Shown in pieces: positions 26,508 to 35,686 of a stretch of DNA of 59,625 bases (the first letter of the stretch is position 1; each line of letters starts with the position of its first letter). The stretch covers positions 1 to 59,625 of the forward strand of contig JAFYBM010000146.1 of the NCBI GenBank assembly GCA_017540225.1, written 5' to 3'. This DNA comes from Oscillospiraceae bacterium (GTDB taxonomy: Bacteria > Bacillota > Clostridia > Oscillospirales > Ruminococcaceae). The notes below the pieces were generated by a model that was given only the letters and a program-made list of their open reading frames with translations, searched no databases and was not told the DNA's origin. A program made the translations under genes and the position numbers.

Positions 26508-27569
26508 TTACGCGAAGAACGCGCCTGCGATCATGACTTTGGCGATCTCACGGTCTTTGTCAAGCAGAACAAGATCCGCGTCCGCGCCGACCTCAATGCG
26601 TCCTTTTTCCGGCGCACCGATCATATCGGCAGGCGTGCGGGTCGCCATTTTGACCGCCTCATCAAACGGAATGCCGAAGCTCGCCGCCTGCTTCACGCAG
26701 CGCCAGAGTGTCGAGGTCGAGCCGGCAATCGCACCGTCCATTGTGCGGGCGACACCGTTTTTGACCTCAATATCCTGCCCGCCGAACTCGTAAATGCCGT
26801 CACCGAGGCCGGTTGCGCGCATCGCATCGCTGATGATAACCATGCGGTCGGAGCCGAACATTTTATAGAGCATCATGACAATCGCCGGATGCAGATGCAG
26901 GCCGTCCGTAATCGCCTGCACATAGATGTTTTTCGCAAGCGCTGCCGGAATCGGCCCCGGCTCGCGGTGATGGATTCCGGGCATCGCGTTGAAGGTATGC
27001 GTCAGGCAGTTTGCGCCCGCTTCAATCGCCTTGATGCAGGTGTCATAATCCGCATCGGTGTGGCCGATGCAGACCAGCGCGCCGCATTCCTTGATGAATT
27101 CCATCGAGCCTTCCAGCTCCGGCGCGATCGTGACCACGCGCATTCCGTCCAGCGATTTGAACTCGGCGAGATCGGGATTTTTGATGTATTTGCCGTTCTG
27201 GGCACCCTTTTTCTTTGCATTGATGTACGGGCCTTCCATGTGGAAGCCGAGAATCTGCGCGCCTTTTACGTTTCTGTTGCCCTCAGTGACCTTTTTGATC
27301 GCTTCGTAGCTCTGGGTCATTGTGGTCGGGAGCCACGAGGTTGTGCCGTTTTTCGCAAGAAATTCGCTCATTTCGGCAAATTCGCCGTCCATGGTATCCT
27401 TGCCGACGCAGCCGTGTGTGTGCATATCGACCAGCCCCGGAATCACCGAAAGGCCGGTGCAGTCCTCGCCGGTTGTATCCGCGGAAGCCGGCGCAATCGC
27501 GGTGATTTTGCCGTTTTCAACGGTAATATCGCTCAGCTTGCCCTCAAAAAGCAGGTTTTTCAGTATCAT
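26508..27569 (-). CDS. nagA: N-acetylglucosamine-6-phosphate deacetylase
   Basis: GLVDMHTHG, LEGPYIN, GHTDA, HTFNAM, ISDAM blocks of the amidohydrolase NagA family. Confidence 0.88.
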   Translation of the reverse strand: MILKNLLFEGKLSDITVENGKITAIAPASADTTGEDCTGLSVIPGLVDMHTHGCVGKDTMDGEFAEMSEFLAKNGTTSWLPTTMTQSYEAIKKVTEGNRNVKGAQILGFHMEGPYINAKKKGAQNGKYIKNPDLAEFKSLDGMRVVTIAPELEGSMEFIKECGALVCIGHTDADYDTCIKAIEAGANCLTHTFNAMPGIHHREPGPIPAALAKNIYVQAITDGLHLHPAIVMMLYKMFGSDRMVIISDAMRATGLGDGIYEFGGQDIEVKNGVARTMDGAIAGSTSTLWRCVKQAASFGIPFDEAVKMATRTPADMIGAPEKGRIEVGADADLVLLDKDREIAKVMIAGAFFA

Positions 27570-27613
27570 AATTACTCCTTGTTTTTATATGATTCATGAT
27601 TATCTGGGGATAT

Positions 27614-27946
27614 TTATTCTTTAAAGAAAATCGAATCAGAATACTGTTCTAATTCTTCATCATATTTTTGCTGTATTTCAGCTTGATTGAAGTTGTTTTT
27701 CTTATCCTCTTTACAATCTACAACTTCTTGTAGATTATAAATCATGTTTAGCAATTCCTCAAGTATTCGTGCTAAAAGCAAAAACATTAGTCCATTTATA
27801 CAAATAGTAGCTATTCTAAGCATAACTGCTATCATGATGGCTGACTGTGAATAAGAATACAATCCATCAATGATTGCAAAAATAAAATTTAGAATTGCAA
27901 AACATACTAATACAGTATGCACTTTTTCTAAGAATTTGTTTTTCAT
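27614..27946 (-). CDS. AT-rich ORFan: small membrane protein with charged C-terminal tail
   Basis: 110 aa, 2-3 TM segments, then a Lys/Glu/Gln-rich tail. The ATG lies 3 nt after the upstream TAA. Composition is sharply different from the flanks. Confidence 0.55.
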   Translation of the reverse strand: MKNKFLEKVHTVLVCFAILNFIFAIIDGLYSYSQSAIMIAVMLRIATICINGLMFLLLARILEELLNMIYNLQEVVDCKEDKKNNFNQAEIQQKYDEELEQYSDSIFFKE

Positions 27947-27949
27947 TTT

Positions 27950-29290
27950 TTATCCCACCGAAGGCAGCGATGCCGCAGCAACCGCCTGCCCCACTCTGCG
28001 ATCCATTTCATCCGGCAGGATAAACTCGATCTTCTTGAACAGCTCCGGAAATTCCTTTTCGAGCACTTCCTTTGCCTTCTCGATAATCAGATCACCGCCG
28101 AGCCCCGACGTCACGCGGCCGGAAATCTGCAAATAGCGGATATCATAGAAATCGGCATAATTCGCAATCGCATAGCCGAAATAGGTGCCGATTGTGCGGA
28201 AAATATCCTTTGCGCCCTCATGTCCCTCGGCCAGAACCTTCTGCACGGCCTTGAGCTTTTCGGCAAGCGTCAGGCTCTCATCAAGCTGAATGCCGGCCTT
28301 CGGCGCAAGACGGATGACCGCATCCTGCGAGAAATATTTAACGCCGCAGCCATAGTCGCCCGACCACTCATCGACCGGCGAATCCGGATTGTAGTCAACC
28401 GGAACAAATGCAAGCTCATTGTGCCAGCCGGTCACATGGCCGTCCGTGTCGATATAGCCGCCGGCCTCGGAGGTACCCATTGCAATGCCGAGCACACCGT
28501 TGACGTCCATTGCCATAGATGCCGCAAGTGCCGCAACATCACCGTCATTCGCAACAGCATACGGCACGCCGAGCTCCTCCAGCACATCCACATACACATT
28601 CTTGCAGGCTTCACCCTGCGTATCCTTCGGAACCTTCAGGAACAGGTGCGAAACCATTGCGCGGTTCGCAACGAGCACGCCCGCCGTACTGACGCCGACC
28701 GCGTCAAAGCTCGGCATATGCTCTGCCGCTTTGAGGATTGCAGCCTTGATATGCTCATGGTGATAGGAAATATCCTCTGCGAGCTTCGGCAGCCAGACAA
28801 TCTCCTCCGACCAGACAGTCTCACCGTTGACGACCGCTGCGACCTTCATATCTGAGCCGCCTGCGTCAAATCCGACACGGCAGCCGCCGAGATTGCGGCC
28901 GATTGCCAGCGGACGCGCCTTGTTTTCCGGCATATCCGCAAAATCACGCTCCTCAACTTCAAACGGGCGCTCATAGGTCGTGCTCCAGAAATCAACGTCA
29001 AAGGCGCGCAGTCCCTCTTTTGTATATGCATCACGGATATATTCGTATATATCGTGATCGCCGGCGAGCATGACCTTCCAGCCGCCCGCACACCAGAGAA
29101 TCGTCTTGATGAGACGCTCTGCATAGCGGCAGTTTTCTTCCTTGTTGTCACCGAGCTTCGTATCACGGCGGTATACAAGGCCGTCCTCACGCTCTACGGC
29201 AATGGAAAAGGGTCTGGTCGCTTTCGCCAGAAAATCGCGGTTAAAATACACCGCAGGGACAAAATCATGGTCAAGAATCGGTTGGATCAT
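27950..29290 (-). CDS. ROK-family sugar kinase-like protein with ~130-aa N-terminal extension
   Basis: VGFDAGGSDMKVA (phosphate-1), VANDGDVAALA and GIAMGTSEAGGYI blocks. The N-terminal domain is unassigned. Confidence 0.7.
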   Translation of the reverse strand: MIQPILDHDFVPAVYFNRDFLAKATRPFSIAVEREDGLVYRRDTKLGDNKEENCRYAERLIKTILWCAGGWKVMLAGDHDIYEYIRDAYTKEGLRAFDVDFWSTTYERPFEVEERDFADMPENKARPLAIGRNLGGCRVGFDAGGSDMKVAAVVNGETVWSEEIVWLPKLAEDISYHHEHIKAAILKAAEHMPSFDAVGVSTAGVLVANRAMVSHLFLKVPKDTQGEACKNVYVDVLEELGVPYAVANDGDVAALAASMAMDVNGVLGIAMGTSEAGGYIDTDGHVTGWHNELAFVPVDYNPDSPVDEWSGDYGCGVKYFSQDAVIRLAPKAGIQLDESLTLAEKLKAVQKVLAEGHEGAKDIFRTIGTYFGYAIANYADFYDIRYLQISGRVTSGLGGDLIIEKAKEVLEKEFPELFKKIEFILPDEMDRRVGQAVAAASLPSVG

Positions 29291-29354
29291 GGTTCAAATT
29301 CCTTTCGTTGTTATGGTGATACAGACGACAGGGCGTGCCCGCCGCTTTACGCGG

Positions 29355-30494
29355 TCATTCCTCCGTTGCAGCGGCGCCCGCCTTAAGCGTACCGTGCGAG
29401 AGTGCTTTCAGATAGGCATTGATGAAATCATCAAGGTTGCCGTCCATGACGGACTGCACATTGCCGTTTTCGCAGCCGGTGCGGTGATCCTTCACCAACG
29501 TATACGGCATGAACACATAGGAGCGGATCTGGCTGCCCCACTCGATCTTGAGCTGATCGCCCTTGATGTCGGAGATCTTTTCCAGATGCTCGCGCTCCTT
29601 GATCTCCACGAGCTTTGCACGCAGCATTTTCATACAGAAATCCTTGTTCTGGAACTGCGAGCGCTGTGTCTGACAGGAAACGACAATGCCGGTCGGGAGA
29701 TGCTTCAGGCGAACCGCCGAACTGGTCTTGTTGATATGCTGACCGCCGGCGCCGCTGGAACGGTATACCTGCATTTCAATATCCTCCGGACGGATCTCGA
29801 CCTCCACATCGTCAGAAAGCTCCGGCATGACTTCCAGCGCCGCGAACGAGGTATGGCGGCGGCCGGAGGAATCAAACGGCGATACGCGCACCAGACGGTG
29901 AACGCCTGCCTCGGATTTCAGGAAGCCGTAGGCATTTTCGCCCTCGACCATGAACGATGCGGATTTGATGCCCGCTTCATCGCCGTCGAGCCAGTCGAGC
30001 AGATCAACCTTGAAGCCGTGGCTTTCCGCATATTTGTTATACATCCGGTAAAGCATCTGCGACCAGTCCTGCGCCTCGGTGCCGCCCGCACCTGCGTGCA
30101 GCGTGAGGATCGCATTGGAATTGTCGTATTCGCCGGTCAGCAGCGATTTGAGCTTTTCCTCTGCCAGCTTCTGCTTGAAGGCTTCCGCATCCGCCATGAT
30201 CTCATCATTCGAGGAATCATCGCCCTCCTCAAGCGAAAGCTCGATCAACTCAATGGTATCCTCCAGCAGCGATTGCAGCTTCTCAAAATTCTCAATCTTA
30301 CGCTCCAGCGTATTACATTTCTGGGTGATCTTCTGTGCCTTTTCGTGGTCATCCCAGAAGCCGTCATATTCCATCTGGATACGCAGATCACCGAGATCGG
30401 CTTTTGCGCGCTCAATTTGCAGCACCTCGCCAAGCTCCTTAACCTCCGGTCTGGCATTGACAAGCTCGTTTTTAATATCGTCCAGTAAAACCAT
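29355..30494 (-). CDS. prfB: peptide chain release factor 2 (no programmed frameshift)
   Basis: Start at ATG 30494. Has the SPF tripeptide (RVSPFDSSGRRHTSF) and GGQ (SSGAGGQHINKT). The frame is continuous through the region where the +1 frameshift site normally lies. Confidence 0.93.
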   Translation of the reverse strand: MVLLDDIKNELVNARPEVKELGEVLQIERAKADLGDLRIQMEYDGFWDDHEKAQKITQKCNTLERKIENFEKLQSLLEDTIELIELSLEEGDDSSNDEIMADAEAFKQKLAEEKLKSLLTGEYDNSNAILTLHAGAGGTEAQDWSQMLYRMYNKYAESHGFKVDLLDWLDGDEAGIKSASFMVEGENAYGFLKSEAGVHRLVRVSPFDSSGRRHTSFAALEVMPELSDDVEVEIRPEDIEMQVYRSSGAGGQHINKTSSAVRLKHLPTGIVVSCQTQRSQFQNKDFCMKMLRAKLVEIKEREHLEKISDIKGDQLKIEWGSQIRSYVFMPYTLVKDHRTGCENGNVQSVMDGNLDDFINAYLKALSHGTLKAGAAATEE

Positions 30495-30540
30495 AAAGAA
30501 AATCCTTTCATCTCGTTCGGGCTGATTGCATACATATACT

Positions 30541-30569
30541 ATTTTACAGGATTTTGCAGGATATGTCAA
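30541..30569 (-). promoter_or_regulatory. sigma-70-type promoter, TTGACA-17 nt-TAAAAT (minus strand)
   Basis: Read directly, about 45 nt upstream of the prfB ATG. Confidence 0.55.
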
Positions 30570-30686
30570 GTAGTTTTCCCGCCGCGCATCAGCAAAAGCA
30601 TTGTTCATTCTGCACAAGCGGCGGAGACATTTCATGTCCGAAATTATAATTTCTATAAATTATTAAATAATTTCTTTAATTATCTA

Positions 30687-30715
30687 TTGACATTCTTTAA
30701 TTTCTGTGTTATACT
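30687..30715 (+). promoter_or_regulatory. sigma-70-type promoter, TTGACA-17 nt-TATACT
   Basis: Same hexamers and spacer as the promoter at 13310..13338. Lies in an AT-rich region containing three AATTTCT copies. Confidence 0.65.
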
Positions 30716-30766
30716 GTATCCAACGGACAGGCAAGTCCGCAATTCAGATTACAGGAGGTAAATACC

Positions 30767-31213
30767 ATGAAAGATCCCAATGTTGAAGCACTCAATAAGC
30801 GCACCCGTTTTGATGTCATCTGCACACTCATTTTTGCCGGATTATTCGCTTTCAACAGCGTTTTCAAGCTGTTCATGCACGACCCCGGCACCGCCTGCTC
30901 CAGTGCATTTCTCGCTGTCATTTTCCTGCTGGTCGGTCTGATCTTCCTCGATATCCGCAAAAACGGCAAGCCCTTCGCCAGATCCGTCATCACGAAAATA
31001 CGCATTCTTGCCGTCACGGTCATGTGCAGCGGCATCGTGTCCGATATTGTTGAAAGCATCGTGCGCAGCAGCAGAGAGCATTTTCAGTTTACACTGAATT
31101 TGGATGACCGTTTTGTAATTTTTACGCTGCTGTTCGGCGTTGTGATCGGGATGCTCTCGGAAGTATTCGTTTACGGCAATGCCTTGCAGGAAGAAAACGA
31201 TCTCATCGCATAA
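30767..31213 (+). CDS. DUF2975-like membrane protein (second copy)
   Basis: 148 aa, 4 TM segments, C-terminal YGNALQEENDLIA resembling the ...LREENDYTI end of the 12826..13278 product. AGGAGG RBS. Confidence 0.6.
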   Translation: MKDPNVEALNKRTRFDVICTLIFAGLFAFNSVFKLFMHDPGTACSSAFLAVIFLLVGLIFLDIRKNGKPFARSVITKIRILAVTVMCSGIVSDIVESIVRSSREHFQFTLNLDDRFVIFTLLFGVVIGMLSEVFVYGNALQEENDLIA

Positions 31214-31225
31214 AAGGGGGATGTT

Positions 31226-31441
31226 ATGGCAATTATCATCAGGCTCGACCGCATGATGGCTGACCGCAAAATGTCGCTCAATGAGCTCGCGGAGCGCATC
31301 GACATGACAAATGTCAACCTCTCAAACCTCAAAACCGGCAAGATGAAGGGCATCAAATTTGAGACGATGAACGCGATCTGCCGCGTGCTGGAATGTCAGC
31401 CGGCTGACCTTTTCGAGTATGTGCCAGACGACGGAGAATAA
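31226..31441 (+). CDS. small XRE/YozG-type helix-turn-helix regulator (second copy)
   Basis: MSLNELAERIDMTNVNLSNLKTGKMKGIKFETMNAICRVLECQPADLFEY. Confidence 0.85.
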   Translation: MAIIIRLDRMMADRKMSLNELAERIDMTNVNLSNLKTGKMKGIKFETMNAICRVLECQPADLFEYVPDDGE

Positions 31442-31444
31442 TGC

Positions 31445-31481
31445 ATACCGCACAAGGCAAGCGCCCTGTGCGGTATTTTTT
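31445..31481. terminator. bidirectional rho-independent terminator
   Basis: ataccgcacaagg-N6-ccctgtgcggtat plus a T6 run, between convergent genes. Confidence 0.75.
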
Positions 31482-32041
31482 CAGATCAGTTTGAGATCGC
31501 GGAGCTGCCGCGCAAGCCGTGCGACCGGCAGACCCATGACATTGTAATAATCGCCGTGGATGCCCGCAACAAGCAGCGCGCCCTGCCCCTGAATGCCGTA
31601 GGCACCGGCCTTGTCATAAGGCTCCTCGGAGGCCGCATAGGCGTTGATCTCTGCATCTGTCAGCGGATAAAACTGCACCGCTGTTTCATCCGAAAAGCTC
31701 AGCGAATGCCCAGCCCAGAAAATGCCGACACCGGTAATCACCTTGTGCTGCCGGCCGGAAAGCGCGTGCAGCATCCGCTTGCAGTCGGCTTCATCGGCGG
31801 GCTTGCCGAGAATCTCCTCATCAAGGATCACCGTCGTATCCGCACCGATCACAACAGCTTCCGGATGCGCTTTCGCTACGGCTGCCGCCTTTCGCACGGC
31901 AAGCAGCTCTGCCGCCGATTCCGCAGGGATACCGTCCGGCAGCGTCTCGTCACAATCCGAAACGATCACCTCAAACGGAATTTGCAGCTTTTCCAGCAGC
32001 TCGCGCCTGCGCGGGCTGGCACTTGCAAGTATCAGTTTCAT
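31481..32041 (-). CDS. maf: Maf-family nucleoside triphosphate pyrophosphatase
   Basis: LILASASPRRRELL, GADTTV, KAGAYGIQG. Confidence 0.9.
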   Translation of the reverse strand: MKLILASASPRRRELLEKLQIPFEVIVSDCDETLPDGIPAESAAELLAVRKAAAVAKAHPEAVVIGADTTVILDEEILGKPADEADCKRMLHALSGRQHKVITGVGIFWAGHSLSFSDETAVQFYPLTDAEINAYAASEEPYDKAGAYGIQGQGALLVAGIHGDYYNVMGLPVARLARQLRDLKLI

Positions 32042-32082
32042 CTTTCTGCCCCTCCTGACAGTATGTTTCAGATCAGGCCGGT

Positions 32083-33390
32083 TCAGTCGTCGCCGCCCTC
32101 GATATGATGATGTACGTTTTCGATTGCCTCCGAGGAAATCGTGACCTCGTGATCGGCTGCCGCTTCGAGATCGGCCGCCTTGTGTCCCTTGAACACGAGC
32201 TTCAGGAAAATCGGGCAGAGGATCGAGCTTGTGATAATCAGAAAAATCGTTGCAACCAGCGGATCAATGCCGCCCTGCGGCGCAATCAGCACAGAACCGG
32301 TCGCATAGACCGCCAGCGCGACCTCGCCGCGTGCGATCATGCCGAAGCCCGCTGCCAGCGATTCCTTTTTGTCATATCTGAAGCAGCGTGCGGCCGCACC
32401 GCAGCCGATGATCTTGCCGATGATGCCCGCGCTGACAAATGCGAGCACAAACAGCATACTCGACCAGTGGAAGCCGCTGAAATCCGCGCTGATGCCGATA
32501 TAGGCAAAAAACATCGGCGTAAAGAACATATATCCGCTGACAATCACCTTGCGGTCCACAAAATGCGTATCGCCGAGACCGGAAAGCATCAGTCCGGCCA
32601 TGTAAGCGCCGGTGATCGCCGCAATGCCGAAAAATTCCTCTGCCGCATATGCAAAGAGAAAGCAGGCTGCAAATGCAAAAATACTCGTGCGGCGCTTGTG
32701 CGGATAAACCTTTACCATGAGCTTGAATGCACGGCGCATCAGATAACCGACAACCGACGTAAATGCGAAAAATCCGAGAACACGCAGCAGTGTCATCCAG
32801 ATGCTGCCCTCACCGCCGAGTCCCGTGATGACACTCAGCACAATGATGCCGATGACATCATCAATAATCGCAGCACTGAGCACCGTCGTACCGATCTTGG
32901 TTTTCAGCTTGCCCAGCTCGCGCAGTGTCTCAACGGTGATGCCGACACTCGTTGCGGAGAGAATACAGCCGATAAACAGCGCATTCATGAGCTTTTCGTG
33001 ATCGTGTACCTCGGAAAGGCCGCCCATGAAAAGCAGTGCAACCAGTGTTCCCAGCAGAATCGGAACCGCCACGCCGGCCATTGCGATGGATGTTGCCGCA
33101 ACACCGCTGCGCTTCATTTCACGGAAATCAGTCTCCAATCCGCTCGAAAACAGGATAAACACAACGCCGATCTGCGAAAAGCTCTTGAGCACATTCATCT
33201 CTGCTGCTGTCGGATGAATCAGCCCCTGAAAGCCGGTACCGGCGAACAGCGCAGGACCGATCAGCAGACCGGCAAGGATCATGCCGACAACCTGCGGCAG
33301 GCCGATCTTGCGCGTCAGCATGCCGACTGCCTTGGTCGCAAACAGAATGATGCCGCAGTCCAGCAGAATATGCATTACATTAAATTCCAT
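32083..33390 (-). CDS. cation:proton antiporter (CPA2/NapA-KefB-like)
   Basis: Start at ATG 33390 (GGAGTG RBS). LPQVVGMILAGLLIGP, about 12 TM segments, FFAYIGI block. Confidence 0.8.
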   Translation of the reverse strand: MEFNVMHILLDCGIILFATKAVGMLTRKIGLPQVVGMILAGLLIGPALFAGTGFQGLIHPTAAEMNVLKSFSQIGVVFILFSSGLETDFREMKRSGVAATSIAMAGVAVPILLGTLVALLFMGGLSEVHDHEKLMNALFIGCILSATSVGITVETLRELGKLKTKIGTTVLSAAIIDDVIGIIVLSVITGLGGEGSIWMTLLRVLGFFAFTSVVGYLMRRAFKLMVKVYPHKRRTSIFAFAACFLFAYAAEEFFGIAAITGAYMAGLMLSGLGDTHFVDRKVIVSGYMFFTPMFFAYIGISADFSGFHWSSMLFVLAFVSAGIIGKIIGCGAAARCFRYDKKESLAAGFGMIARGEVALAVYATGSVLIAPQGGIDPLVATIFLIITSSILCPIFLKLVFKGHKAADLEAAADHEVTISSEAIENVHHHIEGGDD

Positions 33391-33414
33391 TTTTATCACT
33401 CCAGACAGCACACT

Positions 33415-33446
33415 AAAAAGCAGGACACGCGGTGTCCTGCTTTTTT
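33415..33446. terminator. bidirectional rho-independent terminator
   Basis: aaaaagcaggacac-gcg-gtgtcctgctttttt. Confidence 0.8.
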
Positions 33447-33453
33447 GAAATCA

Positions 33454-34716
33454 TTACTCGTAGAGCGGGTACTTTGCGCAGAGTGCATTGACACCCTCGC
33501 GGATCTCATCTGCCTTTGTTTCAAACTGTGTTGCAGTGAGATACATAAACTCAGCGATCTTGTCCATATCCTCGGTCTTGAGGCCGCGGGTTGTCACAGC
33601 CGGTGTACCGACGCGGATACCGCTTGTAACCATCGGCTTCTCCGGATCGTTCGGGATCGCGTTCTTATTGACGGTGATGTAGACCTCATCAAGACGGTGC
33701 TCCATTTCCTTGCCGGTGATATGAACCGGACGCAGATCCACGAGCATCAGGTGATTGTCTGTGCCGCCGGAAACGAGATCGAAGCCGCGGGAAAGCAGTC
33801 CCTTTGCAAGTGCCTGTGCATTGTCAACAATCTGCTTTGCATAGGCCTTGAACTCCGGCTTGAGTGCCTCTCCGAAGCAGACAGCCTTGCCTGCGATGAC
33901 GTGCATCAGCGGGCCGCCCTGAATGCCGGGGAAGATCGCCTTATTGATCTTCTTGATCAGCTCTTCCTCGTTCGTGAGGATCAGGCCGCCGCGCGGGCCG
34001 CGGAGGGTCTTGTGCGTCGTTGTGGTAACAACATCGGCATAGCCGACAGGGGACTGATGCAGACCGCCTGCGACCAGACCTGCGATATGTGCCATATCGA
34101 CCATCAGCATTGCGCCGTTGCTGTGTGCGATCTCTGCGAGGCGTGCAAAGTCAATCGCACGCGGATATGCGGAAGCACCTGCAACGATCAGCTTCGGGTG
34201 ATTCTCCTTTGTGAGCTTTTCCACAGCGTCATAATCGAGCACGCCGTTGTCATCGACACCGTAGGAGATGAAGTTGAAATATTTGCCGGAAAGATTGACA
34301 CTGGAACCGTGAGTCAGGTGACCGCCGTGTGCAAGGCTCATGCCGAGAACGGTATCGCCCGGCTCAAGCAGTGCGAAATAAACAGCAGTATTGGCCTGCG
34401 CACCGGAGTGTGCCTGCACGTTTGCATAATTTGCACCGAACAGCTTTTTTGCACGCTCGATTGCGATTGTCTCAACAATATCAACAGCCTCGCAGCCGCC
34501 GTAATAACGCTTTCCGGGATAGCCCTCGGCATATTTGTTTGTGAGTACGCTGCCCATTGCAGCCATAACGGCCGGAGAAACAATGTTTTCGCTGGCAATC
34601 AGCTCCAGATTGCGGCGCTGACGGGCAAGCTCCTGCTGCATTGCAGCTCCGACATCCGGATCACACTGCGAGACATACCCGATCGTATCAATCAGATCAT
34701 GAAACATACTTTTCAT
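33454..34716 (-). CDS. glyA: serine hydroxymethyltransferase
   Basis: [41 protein letters not shown]. Confidence 0.97.
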   Translation of the reverse strand: MKSMFHDLIDTIGYVSQCDPDVGAAMQQELARQRRNLELIASENIVSPAVMAAMGSVLTNKYAEGYPGKRYYGGCEAVDIVETIAIERAKKLFGANYANVQAHSGAQANTAVYFALLEPGDTVLGMSLAHGGHLTHGSSVNLSGKYFNFISYGVDDNGVLDYDAVEKLTKENHPKLIVAGASAYPRAIDFARLAEIAHSNGAMLMVDMAHIAGLVAGGLHQSPVGYADVVTTTTHKTLRGPRGGLILTNEEELIKKINKAIFPGIQGGPLMHVIAGKAVCFGEALKPEFKAYAKQIVDNAQALAKGLLSRGFDLVSGGTDNHLMLVDLRPVHITGKEMEHRLDEVYITVNKNAIPNDPEKPMVTSGIRVGTPAVTTRGLKTEDMDKIAEFMYLTATQFETKADEIREGVNALCAKYPLYE

Positions 34717-34755
34717 TCCTTTCTATTTTTCCGCTTTGCGCGGTCACATACAGTC

Positions 34756-34784
34756 ATTATAACATATTATGCAGAAAAATGCAA
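34756..34784 (-). promoter_or_regulatory. sigma-70-type promoter, TTGCAT-17 nt-TATAAT (minus strand)
   Basis: Read directly. It leaves only about 35-40 nt of glyA leader. Confidence 0.6.
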
Positions 34785-34886
34785 TGGGAAAGATGAAAAA
34801 AGATACGCGAGGCGAAAAAAACAGCAAAGAAGCACATCGCACGGTGAAAGCACAGAGAATGCGCACTGCTGTCCGGCGCGGTTCGC

Positions 34887-34914
34887 ACAGATTCGGCAGG
34901 ATTCGCATATGATA
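34887..34914 (+). promoter_or_regulatory. possible SigK-type promoter (AC-17 nt-CATATGATA)
   Basis: Matches the loose AC-N16/17-CATANNNTA pattern upstream of dpaA. The pattern is weak and easily found by chance. Confidence 0.25.
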
Positions 34915-35033
34915 CACCAATCCGGAATACACACGGATTCTAGCTGAGAAATCACTGATTCAATCGCGGGCAGATTGTGTAACAGGCCGCAGCGCATGAT
35001 TGAGTCAGCGTTTTCCGAAAAGGAGTGAGGCAC

Positions 35034-35669
35034 ATGAACAAACCGAAACCGCTGCGGCTGCTGGCAGCGGGCGGCGATCTGCGGCAGATCACCGCGGCAG
35101 CAGAGCTTGCAAAGCAGCATTCCGTTACGATTACCGGCTTCGACCGGTTCGGCGCATTGCCGGAGGGGCTTGCATCCGCGGCACATATCCACGATCTGCC
35201 GCAGCAGCTTGACGCGCTTCTGCTCCCGATGCCGGTCACGCATGACGGCGGTTTCCTGCATACGCCCTTCGGAAGCAGCGCGGTGCGGCTTTCGGCGCTT
35301 TTGCCGTTTGTCCGGCCTGAGGGCATGGTCTTCGGCGGACGTATGACGGAACAGGAGCGCAGTCTTGCGGAGGCCGCCGGCCTTCGTGTTTATGATTATG
35401 CTGCGGAGGAAACCTTTGCGCTGCGCAATGCGGTTCCGACTGCGGAGGGCGCAATTCAGATTGCCATGCAGGAGCTGCCGGTCGTCCTGCAAGGGCTGCC
35501 CTGCCTGATTCTGGGTGCAGGGCGTGTCAGCCGCGCCCTGCAGCCGCGTCTGCGTGCGCTCGGCGCCGATGTCACGGTCGCAGCACGGCGGCTTACCGAC
35601 CTTGCGCGGCGCGAATGCGGCAAGGGGAAACCATCGTATCCCGCCCTAAAAAGAATAAAAGCTATGTGA
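35034..35669 (+). pseudogene. dpaA: dipicolinate synthase subunit A, 3'-truncated
   Basis: Start at ATG 35034 (AAAGGAG RBS). Aligns by eye with SpoVFA through AVPTAEGAIQIAM...ILGAGRVSRAL...GADVTVAAR, then ends roughly 90 residues short. No dpaB follows. Confidence 0.7.
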
Positions 35670-35686
35670 CCAGATGCCACATAGCT
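35660..35686. repeat. 9-bp inverted repeat agctatgtg-N9-cacatagct at the dpaA truncation point
   Basis: Read directly. The premature TGA (35667..35669) sits inside it, and composition switches to AT-rich immediately after. Confidence 0.8.

Noticed and set aside
27606-27956. A 6-bp inverted match (gggata ... tatccc) and a TTGTTTTT-like direct match flanking the AT-rich ORFan, as possible insertion-element ends or a target-site duplication.
   Set aside because: They are too short and too AT/low-complexity to distinguish from chance. The right-hand copy is simply the end of the ROK coding sequence.
32104-34947. A 947-codon open frame on the plus strand spanning the antiporter, a terminator and glyA. 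Similar very long antisense ORFs occur at 36778..38865, 39120..40853, 40910..42484, 46744..48699, 51421..53484 and 21336..23015.
   Set aside because: Each lies exactly antisense to a gene with strong family motifs. The translations are Arg/Cys/His/Asp-rich low-complexity strings with no RBS-supported starts. One even crosses an intergenic terminator. These are stop-poor shadow frames, typical of G+C-rich DNA with strong codon bias.
34717-34960. A riboswitch (ZTP/pfl, THF or glycine type) in the glyA upstream region.
   Set aside because: A consensus TTGCAT-17-TATAAT promoter leaves only about 35-40 nt of leader. I could not find the conserved ZTP cores (GGGTCGTGAC..., CCGCCTGGGCA) or other riboswitch signatures on the minus strand.
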